64,000 nucleotides of DNA from Octopus sinensis (lineage: Eukaryota), in NCBI RefSeq assembly GCF_006345805.1, contig NC_043014.1, positions 48,360,001 to 48,424,000 on the forward strand, in the 5' to 3' direction. Of the stretch, positions 24,756-37,817 are shown one piece after another. Within the stretch, counting starts at the first letter, position 1; each line of letters begins with the position of its first letter. The notes below the pieces were generated by a model. The model did no database searches, was not told the DNA's origin, and saw only the letters and a list, made by a program, of their open reading frames with translations. A program made the translations under genes and the position numbers.

Positions 24756-25079
24756 GTGATGGATATATAATATTCTACACTTTGGATAATTATATATATA
24801 TATAAACTCATCTGTGCGTTATACTTAATTTATGTATATACACTGCTGACAGGCATGATACTGCAGTTTATATCTGAGATAAAATCTTTTATAGATGTAC
24901 TATGTTAAAAATACTATGTATATCAGGGAGATGACAAAATCACCCCAGCAGTGGCTGGTGAGAGCATCAGAAGCATTCAGCCTTCTTGGGCCTTGTTAAT
25001 GATGTTGCAAATAGCTGCTGGGCTGCATAAAGATTCAGTGTATACGATTGAAGCAGTCTTACAGGAAAACAGTCATTTA

Positions 25080-25113
<34 letters not shown>

Positions 25114-26025
25114 CATAACTGTTAACAGGCAGTCGTGGAGTCTGAGCATTTGTTCAATATACTAGAGATACAAATAGGGAGCCTTTACATGCTCATTGCT
25201 TGATCTCTAGAAATATCAACCAAATTTACGTCTAAAACTGTACCCTACTGTCTTGGCCGTTTAGCATTTAAACTGACTATATCCAGCCAAAATAGTCTCC
25301 CTGTTTTGTGTTCAAACTGTCTAGATCTAGCTTCTCACACCAACCCTACAATATTATTCTAAAAATTAAGTTGCCTTGTTAAAATCTCAAAGCTACGAAA
25401 TAATGAATTATTAATTCAAGAAAGCAATGGGAATAAATAAACAATAGTTTTGACGGGATAATCATCATCATCATCGTTTAACGTCCGTTTTCCGCGCTAG
25501 CACGGGTTGGACGGTTTGACCGGGGTCTGGGAAGCCAGGGGCTGCTCCAGACTCCAGTCTGAAATGTGAATGCTAAAGGATTAAAAGATGGAGGGACACA
25601 TCGCATCTGACGATGTAGTCTTAGATTTACTATGTCTGAGTAAAAGATGAGATGGTTACTGTTAAAACATCTTTGATACGTGTGCCTCACTCAGGGGCTG
25701 ATCTAAGACTAGACAACAAGGAACCCTATCATTTCATTCTCAGTATTCACTTAAATACTGTGAATATTATCATAGGTAATTACAGGTAGAATAGGATTTT
25801 ATTTATTGTTAATTATTACTATTGTTGGTGTTGTTAGTGTTCTGGGTTTTTTATTTATGAGATCAAATCCTGCCAGGGTTGACTTTGTTGTTTACCCTCT
25901 CCAAGGTCAAATTCTATACTATTTTACATAAATAATTAAAATAAAATAAAATGATGAATTGACTAGCCCCATCACCTCAGAATTCCTTTTTTTATCCCTA
26001 AACTAGAAAAATTATTATTAACATT

Positions 26026-26134
<109 letters not shown>

Positions 26135-27914
26135 GGCTTTGAGCCTAAATTAGAAATTATTATCACATTGTTTTTATTATTTTTATTACTTGTATGCTGG
26201 AGTTACTTGAAGGTTTTTAACCTGTTACATATGACAAGAATTTTGCTATGCTATATATACATACACACACACACACATGAAAAAAGAATACTCTATAATA
26301 GTAAAGTGTGTGTGTGGTGGGAGAAGAGAGGGTGGAATATCAGGTTCCATTGAAAACTGAAAACTTCACAAATCATTTTGTCTGAGTTTCATATTTACCA
26401 ATCTTTAGTTGCAAAAATTTTCATCTCAGGATTCAAAACAGGAAACCCAGAGTAGCAATTTTTGAAGTTTTCGGTTGCCAATAACATCTTGTTTATGTGC
26501 ATATATTTATATGGTGCATCAGCATGGCTGCAGCTCTGAGCTGAAACTAGAAAAAAAAAAATATAAAGCTGAGGTTTCACTGTTGATACTCAGAGTTTTT
26601 CCATTACTGTCATGTTCTTCTTGGCAAGTAATTCTTTATTTTAGCTTTTGTTTTTCTTTTTTCCTTCGGTGATTTAGTCTGAAGGTGAAGGACAATCAGT
26701 ACTCATGACTTTTATTTTTTTTCTTCTTGCTCAGGTCCTCTGTGATCTGAACTGAATGCTTGCAATGGAATGAACATGGCTAAGGGTAGCCAAGGGTACC
26801 CAGCTGGATGCGTTAAACTGGGTGAAGGATTAGAGCAAGCTTTCAAGCATTTGTTTGAAGGATGCCATGTGTGTGTGTGTGTGTGTGATACATGCTGTTC
26901 ATAGCATTTTTATTATTTCTTTACATGCTGAGTTTGGAAGAAGGTGGAGTGATGGAGAATTGAGTGGTGGGAGTCTAAGACCAACCAGCTCTGAGGAACA
27001 GAGGCCATTATAGTAGTGATAAAAAAGACAAATAGAGGAGACAAAACACCTGTGGGGACAGAGGCTGGAGCATGTCCATTAGTGATGGCATGTCATTGGC
27101 AAGATGCAATCTGAGATGACAGTATGCACAGCTGTGCTGTCCCAGATGTGGACACACTACTTCATTGTTGACCTGCCATTGAGCCTTGTAAAAATGTTAG
27201 CAGTTTTGAGGGCTGAAATACTTTTTGGCCCTATAGAGAAGGGTTGCTCTTTGGAATGTAATCTCATATATATGAGAGATGCTCTTTTGTCAGAAGAAAT
27301 ACCCAGTGATCATAAGGCCTGGTATTTGGCTCTAGCTGATGAGTGTAAGTGAAATGACAAAAAGGTTTGCATGTTGTTGATGTTAGGAGTCGAACAAGTC
27401 TGAAGTTAGTCAAGGTGGTAGCTTGGAGTGGATTACTATTATGGTAGAAACTTAAATGTTTTTGCAACCGTCTTGAAGAATGGACGAGAATGTAGTGATG
27501 GAACGAAACCTCACTTTTAAGTATGGAATACTTTTTGTTACTCTCTTGTATACCTAAATGTTTGTATACACACACACACACACACACACAAAGTAGTGAG
27601 TTCCATAGCTGAGTGGTCCACTAAGGACTTCACCTTTGCATTGTGTATTCAAACTGAAGTCAACTTGACACAACCCATCCCTCTTCATAACGTGGAGGAG
27701 GAGGAGGCTGATGAGGAGGCCTTCTTGTTGCAAATTATTGAAAACACTACAATTTTACAGTACTGTGCATTTCTATTTACAACTAATTAGATTTGTTCAT
27801 TGTCTTCTTGTCCACAGTCACAAGATGCTGAACTACTAATGAAATATGAACTGCCAACCATTTTACTGGTTTGTCTGTTACCTCCTCGACCCATCAATTC
27901 TGTCTTCATCATCT

Positions 27915-28115
27915 GTTTCTTTATTACCCACAAGGGGGGACAAACGGATTAAATCGATTACATCGACCCCAGTGCGTAACTGGTACTTAATTTATCGACC
28001 CCGAAAGGATGAGAGGCAAAGTCGACCTCGGTGGAATTTGAACTCAGAATGTAACGGCAGACGAAATACAGCTATGCATTTCGCCCGGTGTGCTAACGGT
28101 TCTGCCAGCTCGCCA
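27915..28115 (-). mobile_element. Family-A SINE, A1 tail
   Basis: Reverse complement of the family-A consensus, including head ..TTCTGCCAGCTCGCC. Confidence 0.85.
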
Positions 28116-28671
28116 CTGTCATCGTCATCACCATCATGTTTATTTTCTCATGCTAGCATGTGTTGGGGCTGGGTGTGTCTTGTTGATGCAGTATTCTACA
28201 GCTGGATGCTCTACCTGTCACCAACCCTTATTGTTTCCAAGTGAAGTACTTATTCCGATTGTCTTTCATACAACAAACTCCTTGACATCTTTCCACAGCA
28301 GGTGCAAACAACAACACTGCTGCCTAAGTGGTGACATTGTTTACACAAAGAGAACATAGGTATTATCAATACATAAATAAAAAAAATACAAATATGTGTG
28401 TGCACATGTGCTTGCACACATACATATATGCATGCATGCACAGACACACAGCTGGCTTCTGCACAGTTTCCATCTGCTATTTTTATTTACAAAGCTTTCA
28501 TTTGCTCAAGGTTGTAATAGAAGATACTTATCATGGTGCCACATAGTGGGAATGAACCTGAAACCATGTGGTTGTGAAGCCAACTTCTTCACTACTCAGC
28601 CGTTGTTGCACCTACTCATATATCACTTTTGTTTCTCTCTCTCTCTGTACACACATACACATACATATATA

Positions 28672-29552
28672 CAGAGTGCAGTGAATATATTGTCATCAAA
28701 ATTATGCAAAAATGAAAATAACACTGACATCTCATTTTAACAGATATATTTATCAACATTACATTAAAATATCTTGAAATACTAAAGAGTAAATTTATTC
28801 AATCAAATCGCCATTGGCTTCAACCACGGCCTCCAGATGACTTCGGAATCTCCTGCAACTCTTCTGGACAGTCTCCTAGTTTAAGTTGGCAAATGTTGCC
28901 ATAATCTTTGCCTTCAGTTCATCTTTGGTGTTACAAGGAGTTTTGCTGGTCTTTCATTCAACTGCATCCCACACATAATAATCAAAGGGGTTGCAGTCTG
29001 GGGAGTTAGGTGGCCAGATGTTAGGGGTGATGTGGTCACAGAAATTGTCTGACAGCCACGTCTCAGTTCTCCTGCTTGTGTGGCATGGTACAGAGTCCTG
29101 TTGCGAGACACAGGGTCTTCTAGCAGCTGCCCTTTTGACTCAGGGCAGCACTACCTCCTCCAGGCACCTGATGTAGGCCTCTGTATTGTGTCTGAGGCCG
29201 TGTGGGTGAATGAATGAAGGCATAACGTTGCCATCACTAGTGATCACTCCAAACACCATGATTTTGACTGGATGTTGGATTTTTCTCACTCTTGGTACAT
29301 GTTTTGGGGACAGTCTGTCCTCAGATTGATATGCTAACACTCTGAAATGTTTGTATTGGAAGTGAATGCCAAGCAGTACTGCATGTCATTTACAAAATTC
29401 TCGCAGAGTGAATTGCATCATGGTGCTGTTTTTCTCACAAACAGTGCCCAACTGACCCTACTATACTGTGTAATTGGCAAAATCAAAAACAAACAATGCG
29501 CATGTATGAAATTAAAAATAGAAAATGGCAACACTTTTACCATTGCACCCTG
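28672..29552 (-). mobile_element. Internally deleted Tc1/mariner-superfamily transposon, DD37D (maT) family
   Basis: TA-flanked imperfect TIRs CAGAGTGCAGTG.. / ..CATTGCACCCTG. Minus strand encodes MVFGVITSDG and QQD-(37 aa, ending WPPNSPDCNPF)-DYYVW. Confidence 0.85.
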
Positions 29553-31059
29553 TATACACATATCTTTGTAATTTCAAGATTCTTAAAAATCTTTTATTGG
29601 TAACTAGTGTTATAGTTTTAGCTGTTGGTAATGATGGTCAACATCGCTATCTGGATAAAATGGTAAGAAATCTAAACAAAAGTGATATATTTTGATGTAC
29701 TGTGAGAAGAAGCAGACACTGACATTTTAGGCGGAGTTTTTAGTTGGACTCTGGTATTTTCCCTCCTATCTTCTTCTTCAATGAAATTACCTGCCAGAAA
29801 TGTTAGCTTTTATTTCCCAGACACACCTCACAAACTCTCTCTTGTTTACAGTTCTTTTATTGGCTTTAGTTACTATTCACTGTGGTTCTTTTATAGACAA
29901 GTTCTGAGGGAGTACCTGTAATCTGCCCATGTTTATCTACTGTTAACTGTGTTTATATACGGTGTCTATGACCAAGACATGCCACACTTGATTTTTAAGT
30001 CTATCTAACGAGTTTATAAGCAGACGACTACTACAAGAAAGTTCTGAATGTTGTAGTTAAGAGTTCATTAATGCGGGTCACTGGGCTTAAAAATGTTTCT
30101 CACAGTATCATTATTTACCTAAACAACTGTAGCTTAACGAACTTATTCAGACTTTAAAAAGCTGGGGTTGAAAACAGGATGTGGATCTTTTAATCAGTCT
30201 TGTTGAATTTTTTTTTTTTTACTAGAAATATTGGTTTCAAATTCTGGCACAAGGCCAGCAATTTCATGGGTGTGGGGTAAGTCAGTTACATCGACCCTAG
30301 GGGTCAACTGACACTTATTTTATTGACTCCTGAAAGGATGAAAGGGATTGTTGACCTTGGTATGATTTGAACTCAGAACATGAAGACAGCTGAAATGCTG
30401 CTAAGCATTTTATTCTGGCGTGTTAACAGTTCTGCCAGCTTGCTGCTTTTTTCTACTAGAAATATCAATATCTTCATGTAATCAGTTAAACATTTCTTCT
30501 ATAGCTTCCTTTAGAGGAAGCATTCTTGTCTTTTCCGTGAAACAATATTCCATACAGTTTTCTCTTTATAACCATGCTATATAATTTTTATGTCACCCCT
30601 GTTTCATCATTCCTGGAACCCTTTCTTCAATCAACAAAACACTGCAATATACTCTTTTTCTATAATTCTTATGTGAAAATATATTTCCTCACTGCATTTG
30701 GTTCAGGCCCCAGATTTTATTTCCTATTTTTTTCTGTTCATCCTGACTGACTAATTTTTAACATTCACCTCTTCTTTGTACACACGCTCTCAAACATCAT
30801 ATATATGATGACACTGTCTGACAGGGTTGGACCCATGAACTTCAAGAAAAGTTTTATGAAATGCTTCCACTCAGTTTTCATCTACCCAATTTCTTTCACT
30901 GGACTTGAGTAAAAAACTGAAGCTGTGTATGGTAAAAAGATACTTGCTTAAGATGCTACTCATTAGAATTGAACCTGAGATCTCATGATAGCAAAGTAAA
31001 CTTAACTATTTGGCTAAGCTAGCCATAGACAAGTGCACCACTATACATTTTGGGATGAA

Positions 31060-31680
31060 AAACCTGGAACTTACTCTATCCACAATACCAATGTCAAGAA
31101 GTTTGCTGGTGTATGTGGCCTTGACATTATTTTCAACAGTGGCCTGTATTAGATGAACCACATTTCTAAAATCATCAAAAAGGCAAAGGTGTCTTAGTAC
31201 CATTAAGTAAGACCTTTGTCAGTCGCTCATTGGCCACCTATTTTAAGCTATATATGGCTATGGTATGTCCACATTTGTAGTTTACCTTTCCAGTCTGGAA
31301 CACCCATCTTATTGAGAATATCGATTTACTAGATGATGTCCAGGTGTGCAACCAGATGAATAATTTCTATCCATCACCTACCATATCCTAAATGTCTTGT
31401 TTCTCTGAGAACAAGCCCTCTAAATCTTAGGCATCTAGGAACTGGCTTGGTAGAAGTCCACAAGATTATCCACCGTCTTTCCAGCAACAACTTTGATCAC
31501 CCTTTTGAATTCAATATCTCCACCACCTGTAGACATGCTTTTAAAGTGAGAAAAACAGTACAATACCCAAAACATCTGGGAACTATTTTTTTATGCGCCA
31601 GAATACTGGCATTGGTTTTCAGTTGTTAGAACACTGCATCCTTCAAAACTTCCATGCCTTCCAAAGTTCACCAACACTAC
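31060..31680 (+). mobile_element. Decayed CR1/L2-group LINE, RT C-terminal fragment
   Basis: KLYMAMVCPHL*F..VWNTHLIENIDLLDDVQ..AT..LVEVHKIIH resembles LYxxxVRPHLEY..VW.P....I..LE.VQ..AT. Confidence 0.6.
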
Positions 31681-31899
31681 TCCTGACACACCAATGACCC
31701 CTTTCCTCTTTATGGTTCTTTTACTGTTCACTTTCCTGTCTTTTTTGTGCTTATCCTGTGTACTGTGTATGTACTTTTGACTGTGCATACACTTTGTCTT
31801 TCTTTACTTGACTTAATGCTGCTTTCTATCCCTTTTTTTACCCATTTCTGATGAGCTGTAGTTTATCTGAGCACTGTATAAAATCATCTTCATGGAGTG

Positions 31900-32700
31900 T
31901 AACAGCTTCAGATCCATCTTCACTTCATCTCAAGTCTTCTTGGTTTCTCTCTTTCACAAGTTTTACTTGCTTTGAACACGCAGTACACTTTTATGCAGTT
32001 GTTCTCCTCCATACTCATGACCTGCACATGCCAATGTGGTCTTCTCTCTTGCACATTATAGCTAACTTTTCTTATGATCAGTTTTTCTCTCAGTTCATTT
32101 GTGCTCTGTCATTCATGCACACTAATGTTACACATGTAGTAAAGCATGCTAATTTTGTTTCTTTCTAGCATTTGCAGATCCTGTATTCAAGGCCTATGTT
32201 TTCATTCACAAGCATCATATAATCTGCCTTTCACTCTGAAGGAGAAGCCTTTTATTACTGGCAGAGTTCATAATGCTCTGAACCTTTCCCAACCAGATCT
32301 TACCCTGGCTACTATGCTCTCAGAAGACCCCCACTTTCAACTACTTGTTAGGTCTCCTAGTTAACAGAGGGTCCATTCTATCTTGTTGCTCTTCCCTGTT
32401 TTAATGGTTTTCATGATTCTGTCAATGACCAGTCAGAACAAGGGCAATAAAAAACCTACCTGCTCAACTCCTGTCCTGACTTCAAACCTCTCCAGTGTCT
32501 GGCCTGCATGTAAAACCCTACATGACATGTAGAGCTATATAGAGCAGACAGGATGGTGGGTTAGGTTTTTGTCATCTGGTGGTGGTGATGCCTGCTGTAG
32601 TTGTTAACCTACATCTGCTGTCCTCTCACAACAATGTGTGTGCAACATGGCTGTATCTGTCACCCTCATTTGTAAAATAGGCCTGTTCCTTCCTGGAGAG
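31900..32700 (-). mobile_element. Decayed RTE-clade LINE RT fragments
   Basis: Minus strand: FEVRTGVEQ..LPLF*LVIDRIMKT (about 32410-32495) and GSSESIVARVRSGWERFRAL..KGFSFRVKGRLYDAC (about 32210-32335). Confidence 0.7.
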
Positions 32701-33010
32701 GTCGTTAAAATTCAAGAAAAACATTTGGGGTACTGTCTTAAAGGGCTTAGTCAAACAAATCAACCACGGTACTTATTTTTTAAGCCTGGTATTTATTCTC
32801 TCAGTTTCTTTTGCTGAACTGCTAAGTTACAGGGATGGAAACTAACCAACACCAGTTGTCAAGCAGTGGTGGGAACGAAACATATACCCTGCCCTCCACG
32901 CACACACGTGATGGGTTTGGGTTATAACAGAAGACACTTGCCCAAGGTACCATGCAGTGGGACTGAACCTGAGACCATGTGCTTGGGAAGCACACAGTCA
33001 CGTTATTGAT

Positions 33011-33380
33011 TTATTACCCCTGCCTTAGTGAAAGCAGAGGTATTGTTTTCAGTCGTGTTGGTTTGTGTGTCCGTGGACAAGATATCTCAAGAACCGCTGG
33101 ATAGATTCAGACGAAACTTTCAGGGATGTTTGGCCTCATGACTGGCGCGAACTGATGAAATTTTGGGATCGATCTGGTACTGGACAAAATTTCTAGATTA
33201 TTTTTCATGTTTTTTTACTTAATTTTTGAGAGTGGTCAGGTTCATTTTTAGTATTCTCATTTGCGAGAGCAGTCGAGTTTATTTCTGATATTCTCATTTT
33301 AAAAGTCATCTCTGGCTAATCGTTGAGAGGACGATGTTGTTGCCTTGACGGAGGTTTGCGCTCTGTGAGTGCTCATGTTT
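33011..33380 (+). mobile_element. Helentron-associated non-autonomous element (HINE/DINE-1-like)
   Basis: 5' TTATTACCCCTGCC with nearby inverted GCAGAGGT, a GTTTGTGTGTCCGT tract, 3' subterminal GACGGAGGT followed by the stem-loop GCGCTC-TGT-GAGTGC, and T-rich flanks. Confidence 0.7.
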
Positions 33381-33704
33381 TAATTATTGATTAATGTCTG
33401 AATTATTGTGATAGCTGAAGATATTTTAGTATTGTCTGTTTCCATATTCTAATATGATTTAACTTATTTTCTATGCCTCAACGACACTAAACAACAATGA
33501 TATCCAAATTCAATTAAATTTTTCTCCATAGAACATGACTGTGGGGTTAAGAAGTTTGCATCGGTGTGTAGTTAAGAAGCTTACTTCCCATCTATATGGT
33601 TTCAAGTTCAGTCCCACTGTGTGGCACTTTAGCATGTGTCTTCTAGTATGATTCCATGCTGACAGAAGCTTTCTGAGTGGATTTGGTTGACAGAAACTGA
33701 AAGA

Positions 33705-33920
33705 GGTGGTGAGCTGGCAGAAACGTTAGCATGCCGGGCGAAATGCTTAGCAGTATTTCGTCTGCCGTTATGTTTTCAGTTCAAATTCCGCCGAGGTCGG
33801 CTTTGCCTTTCATCCTTTCAGGGTTGATAAATTAAGTACCAGTTACACATTGGGGTTGATGTAATCGACGTTATCTCTTTGTCTGTCTTTGTTTAGCCCC
33901 TTGTGGGCAATAAAGAAATA
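33705..33920 (+). mobile_element. Full-length family-A SINE (A1 tail) nested in a family-B SINE (about 33565-34130)
   Basis: Head GGTGGTGAGCTGGCAGAAACGTTAGC; TSD AGAAACTGAAA at 33692-33702 and 33921-33931 inside family-B sequence. Confidence 0.85.
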
Positions 33921-34761
33921 AGAAACTGAAAAAAGCCCATCATGTAGGTGTGTGTGTGTATTTGTTTGTATGTGTGTGTGTGTATTTGTTTGTATGTGTG
34001 TCTGTCCTTTTGTTTTGACATCTTGTGATGGTTGTAAATGAGTGTTGTTCATTTCCAACCTTTCATGAAAAGCACGCCTGGCCATGGGAAAACATTAGCT
34101 TACTTGGTAAGAGATGAGGATTGGTGACTAGAATATAATGGCAGATAATGGCATTGTAGGTATATAGTACCACATTTGTATGTTACTGCTGTTATATGAT
34201 ATCTTTGTTATACTGGATCTTATATATATATATTGTACTACTGTTGTATGGTGTCATAGGTATATAGTGCCATAGATACATATGGTATTTAGAATATGCT
34301 CTATGGGGAAAAGTTTTCCTATAATAAAATGGTTGTAGAGATGAGGTATTGGATTGTCAATTTAATTCCTTTGATATCAATCCACCTGGTTGTATAGAAT
34401 CAACTTCCTGTTTTAAAGTGATCTTAATTAAAACCTTCCATTAAAATGTATTGTTAATTATGTTTCAAACGCCAGCTTAAAATTTAAATTAATTTCACTA
34501 AGTTATTTTGAAAATTAATTGAAACGAAGGCAGTTGTATGTCAATAGAAATATGCTAACGAAAGGGTTAGTGTAATGCAGGTGTTTCAATGAGTACTTAC
34601 CTGAAATATACTGATGTGATACAGAATAGGAAGGTGAGACTTTGCATTGGATATAAAAAGGTAAACAGTTCAATTTTAGTCAAAGAAACTGTACTGATAA
34701 AGAAATATAATAACTGAAAATAGTCAGAAGATAACAATGACAGCGACAGTAATAAATATAT

Positions 34762-34978
34762 ATTTCTTTACTACCCACAAATGGCTAAACACAGAGGGGA
34801 CAAACAAGGACAGACAAAGGGATTAAGTCGATTACATCAACCCCAGTGCGTAACTGGTACTTAATTTATCGACCCCGAAAGGACGAAAGGCAAAGTCGAC
34901 CTCGGCGGAATTTGAACTTGGAACGTAACGACAGACGAAATACGGCTACGCATTTCGCCCGGCGTGCTAACGATTCTG
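34762..34978 (-). mobile_element. Young family-A SINE (A1 tail)
   Basis: Close to family consensus, CpGs intact. Confidence 0.88.
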
Positions 34979-36162
34979 TGTTAATAATCCAGAAAACAGC
35001 TTTATTATAATAATAATAATAATAATAATAATTCGTTTTGGGATTTGGTTTGCAAGATTCTTTATATGAGTTCGTGTTGAAGCATATTCTGTTGTGTCTG
35101 GGGAGAGGCACAAAAAGAAAATGACTCTCCCCAGACACAACAGAATAATAATAATAATATAATAATAATAATACATTCTAACTGTAGGGTGTCAGATCAG
35201 TAAAACTGGTGGACAAGATGTCATTGGACAATGTGATTTGTGGCATTTAGTTGCAGGTTCAAATTCTGCCAAAGCCAACCTTGATTTTTCCTCCTCCTGG
35301 GGTTAAAATAAATTTACCAGACAGACACCAGGGTCAGATATGACTGCATCCTCCCCTTGTGGGAGCTTTGTTATACAGTGTTAGACATTAAATATTTATA
35401 CACTTTGTAGAATCAGGGAAACATCTGACTTTTGGTATTTTGTTACGTCCCTCTTTATTCTAACTAAATGTCGCTGTAATCTAGTAAATAAGTACTAGTC
35501 TCGTACTAGGTCAGCTTAACCTTAACTAACTTCTTTCCCTTAAAATTTCTGGTCTTGTGACTAAACCTAAAAATCAATATTGTACACAATCTCAAACAAT
35601 CCTTTATATTCTTCTTTCTGTTCATTGGATGTCACTTTTTTGAATCGCATCCACCCCCTTTTTTTTTTTTTTTTCAACTTCCCTTCCTTTCAAAAAGTCC
35701 CCTATTTTGTGTCGATGTTATTTCCATGTTTGGTTGTTGTTGTTGTATACATTACAGAAAGTTCAGAAACAAGACAGGTGTATTGAAGTGGGTCTGTTTC
35801 TCGTTTCATGTCTTTTAGCCACTTATTATTTTGGCGTAATTCCTTTTTAAACTGTGAAAATTAGTGAACATCAAATTGGATTGACCTCAGCTGGGTTAAT
35901 TGTTTGGCCAAATTCAGAAATTCTTAATGAAATTTGGTGATGGCCTCTTTTTTTTTTTTTTAAACAAGGGAATTCCTTCTCAGAGAGATGTTGGTTTTGT
36001 GGCTTTTGAAGTTCCTTAAAAGAGATGATCACATGATAGCTTGTCCTTAGTGAAATGGTCAATACATTTAAAGCAGAAAGAGATTTTAATTATATTTGGT
36101 TTATTTGGTTATTTTTGAGAATCTCGTAAAATCTCAGGAATATAATTATTGCTATTAGTATT

Positions 36163-36895
36163 GAGCTGGTTGAATTGTTAGCATGTTAGCCAAAATGTTT
36201 AGCAGCATTCTGGCTCTTTGCATTCTGAGTTCAAATCCCACCAAAGTCAATTTTACCTTTCATCCTTTTCGGGTCAATGAAATACCATTTGAGCACAAGG
36301 GTTGATGTAATCAACTAGCATGCTCCCTCAAAATTTCAGGCTTTTGTGTCTCTAGTAGAAAGAATTATTGGTTTCAAATTTTGGCACAAGGCCAGCAGGT
36401 TTGCTGGAAGGGCCAAGTCAATTACATCAACCCCAGTGTTCAACTGGTATTTATTTTACTGACCCCAAAACGATGAAAGGCAAAGTCGACCACATTAGAA
36501 TTTGAACTCAGAATGTAAGTAGAAAGAATTATTATTCGGTAGTTTAATTGTTAGCAAGTTGGACAAAATACTTAGCTGCATTTTTCTTCCGAGTTCAAAT
36601 CCCACGAAGGTTGACTTTGCCTTTCATTCTTTCAGGGTCAATAAAATGGGTACTAGTCAAGTACTAGGGCTCCTTTCCTTAAAATTGCTGGTTCTATGTC
36701 AAAATTATTATTATATTTTAAGGCTGTGAGTTGGTAGAATTGTTAGCATGCCAGGTGAAATGATTAGCAGTATTTCACCCATCAATACCTTCTTAGTTCA
36801 AATTCCTCCAATAAATTATCACTTGAGTACTGGAGTCGATGTAATCAACTTACTCCCTCCCTGAACTTGCTTGCCTTGTGCCAAAATTTGAAATC
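36163..36895. mobile_element. Four family-A SINEs in mixed orientation (+,-,+,+)
   Basis: Cores near 36240-36300(+), 36430-36510(-), 36590-36670(+) and 36720-36895(+), separated by ATT tracts. Confidence 0.7.
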
Positions 36896-36929
36896 ATCAT
36901 CATCGTTATTATTATTATTATCATTATTA

Positions 36930-37817
36930 TTCAGTTGTCTTATTTTTATTGCATGCATACAGAATACACTCAGGTACATGCATTGTTTTGATAAGACTTC
37001 TCTGTTGCATTAAAACTACTCTCTATAATATCTGTGTGCCATCGGAAAGGTCAGCAAATTGGGTCAATGGGTTCCTCACAAACTTTCCTAGTCTAATTGC
37101 GCGCAGAGAGTGAATGTGTGCTCTTCTTTGCTGTCACATCTCACAAATGAACCTTTTTGGACTGAATAGTGACTGGCGATGAGAAATGCAGTCGCTATAA
37201 AAATGTCAAGCACCAAAGACAGTGGGTAGAGAAACACTGGTGACCCAGGCTAAAGAAGGTCTTCACCCACATAAGGTGTTGTTATCTCTTTGGTGGGATG
37301 TGAAAGGTTTAGTCCACTTTGAACTTTTAAACTCAAACCAAACGATAACAAAGGAGATCTGCTGTGAGCAGCTTGAGCAACTTATGTCAATGCTAGAAGA
37401 AAAACGACCATCTTTGGTTTCAAAATGAAAGGTGTTCTTTCATCAGGATAATGCTTGACCACAAACAGCGAGGATGACAGTCCAAAGGTTGGAGCAGTTT
37501 GAATGGTAAACGATGTCCCACCCAACATATTTGCCAGACATTGCCCCATCTGATTATCATTTATCCCTCAGTCTTCAAAATCATTTGGACGGAAAAAATA
37601 TGAATTCTGTAGACGAGGTCAGAACTATATTGGATATGTATTTTTCGTCACGGACAAGTGAATTTTGGAAAAGGGGCCTTACAAATCTACCAGAAAGATG
37701 GAAGTGTATTGTAGAAAATGAGGGAGAGTATATTTTAGATTGAAAAAGAACTTTATTTATCTTAATTTTGAAAAATAAAGAAGTATAAAAAACCGCATTA
37801 TTTATGGAATGACCCAA
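36930..37817 (+). mobile_element. 5'-truncated mariner (DD34D) transposase pseudogene with 3' terminal repeat
   Basis: WVPHKL, IVTGDEK, LSLWWDVKGLVHFELL, HQD-(34 aa including two stops)-DYHL with HPTYLPDIAPSDY; ends ..TTATGGAATGACCCAA-TA. Confidence 0.9.

Noticed and set aside
26715-26830. Strong polypyrimidine-CAG acceptor near 26735 as the next exon
   Set aside because: The phase-0 frame hits TGA after six codons; no supporting homology.
27000-27570. Possible RLE-LINE C-terminal relic on the minus strand (YKHLGIQE, LGIS..FQRATLL)
   Set aside because: Only two or three short motifs with unconvincing spacing; needs a translated search.
29640-30790. Possible piggyBac C-terminal and RTE RT relics on the minus strand
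   Set aside because: Similarity too weak to support by eye.
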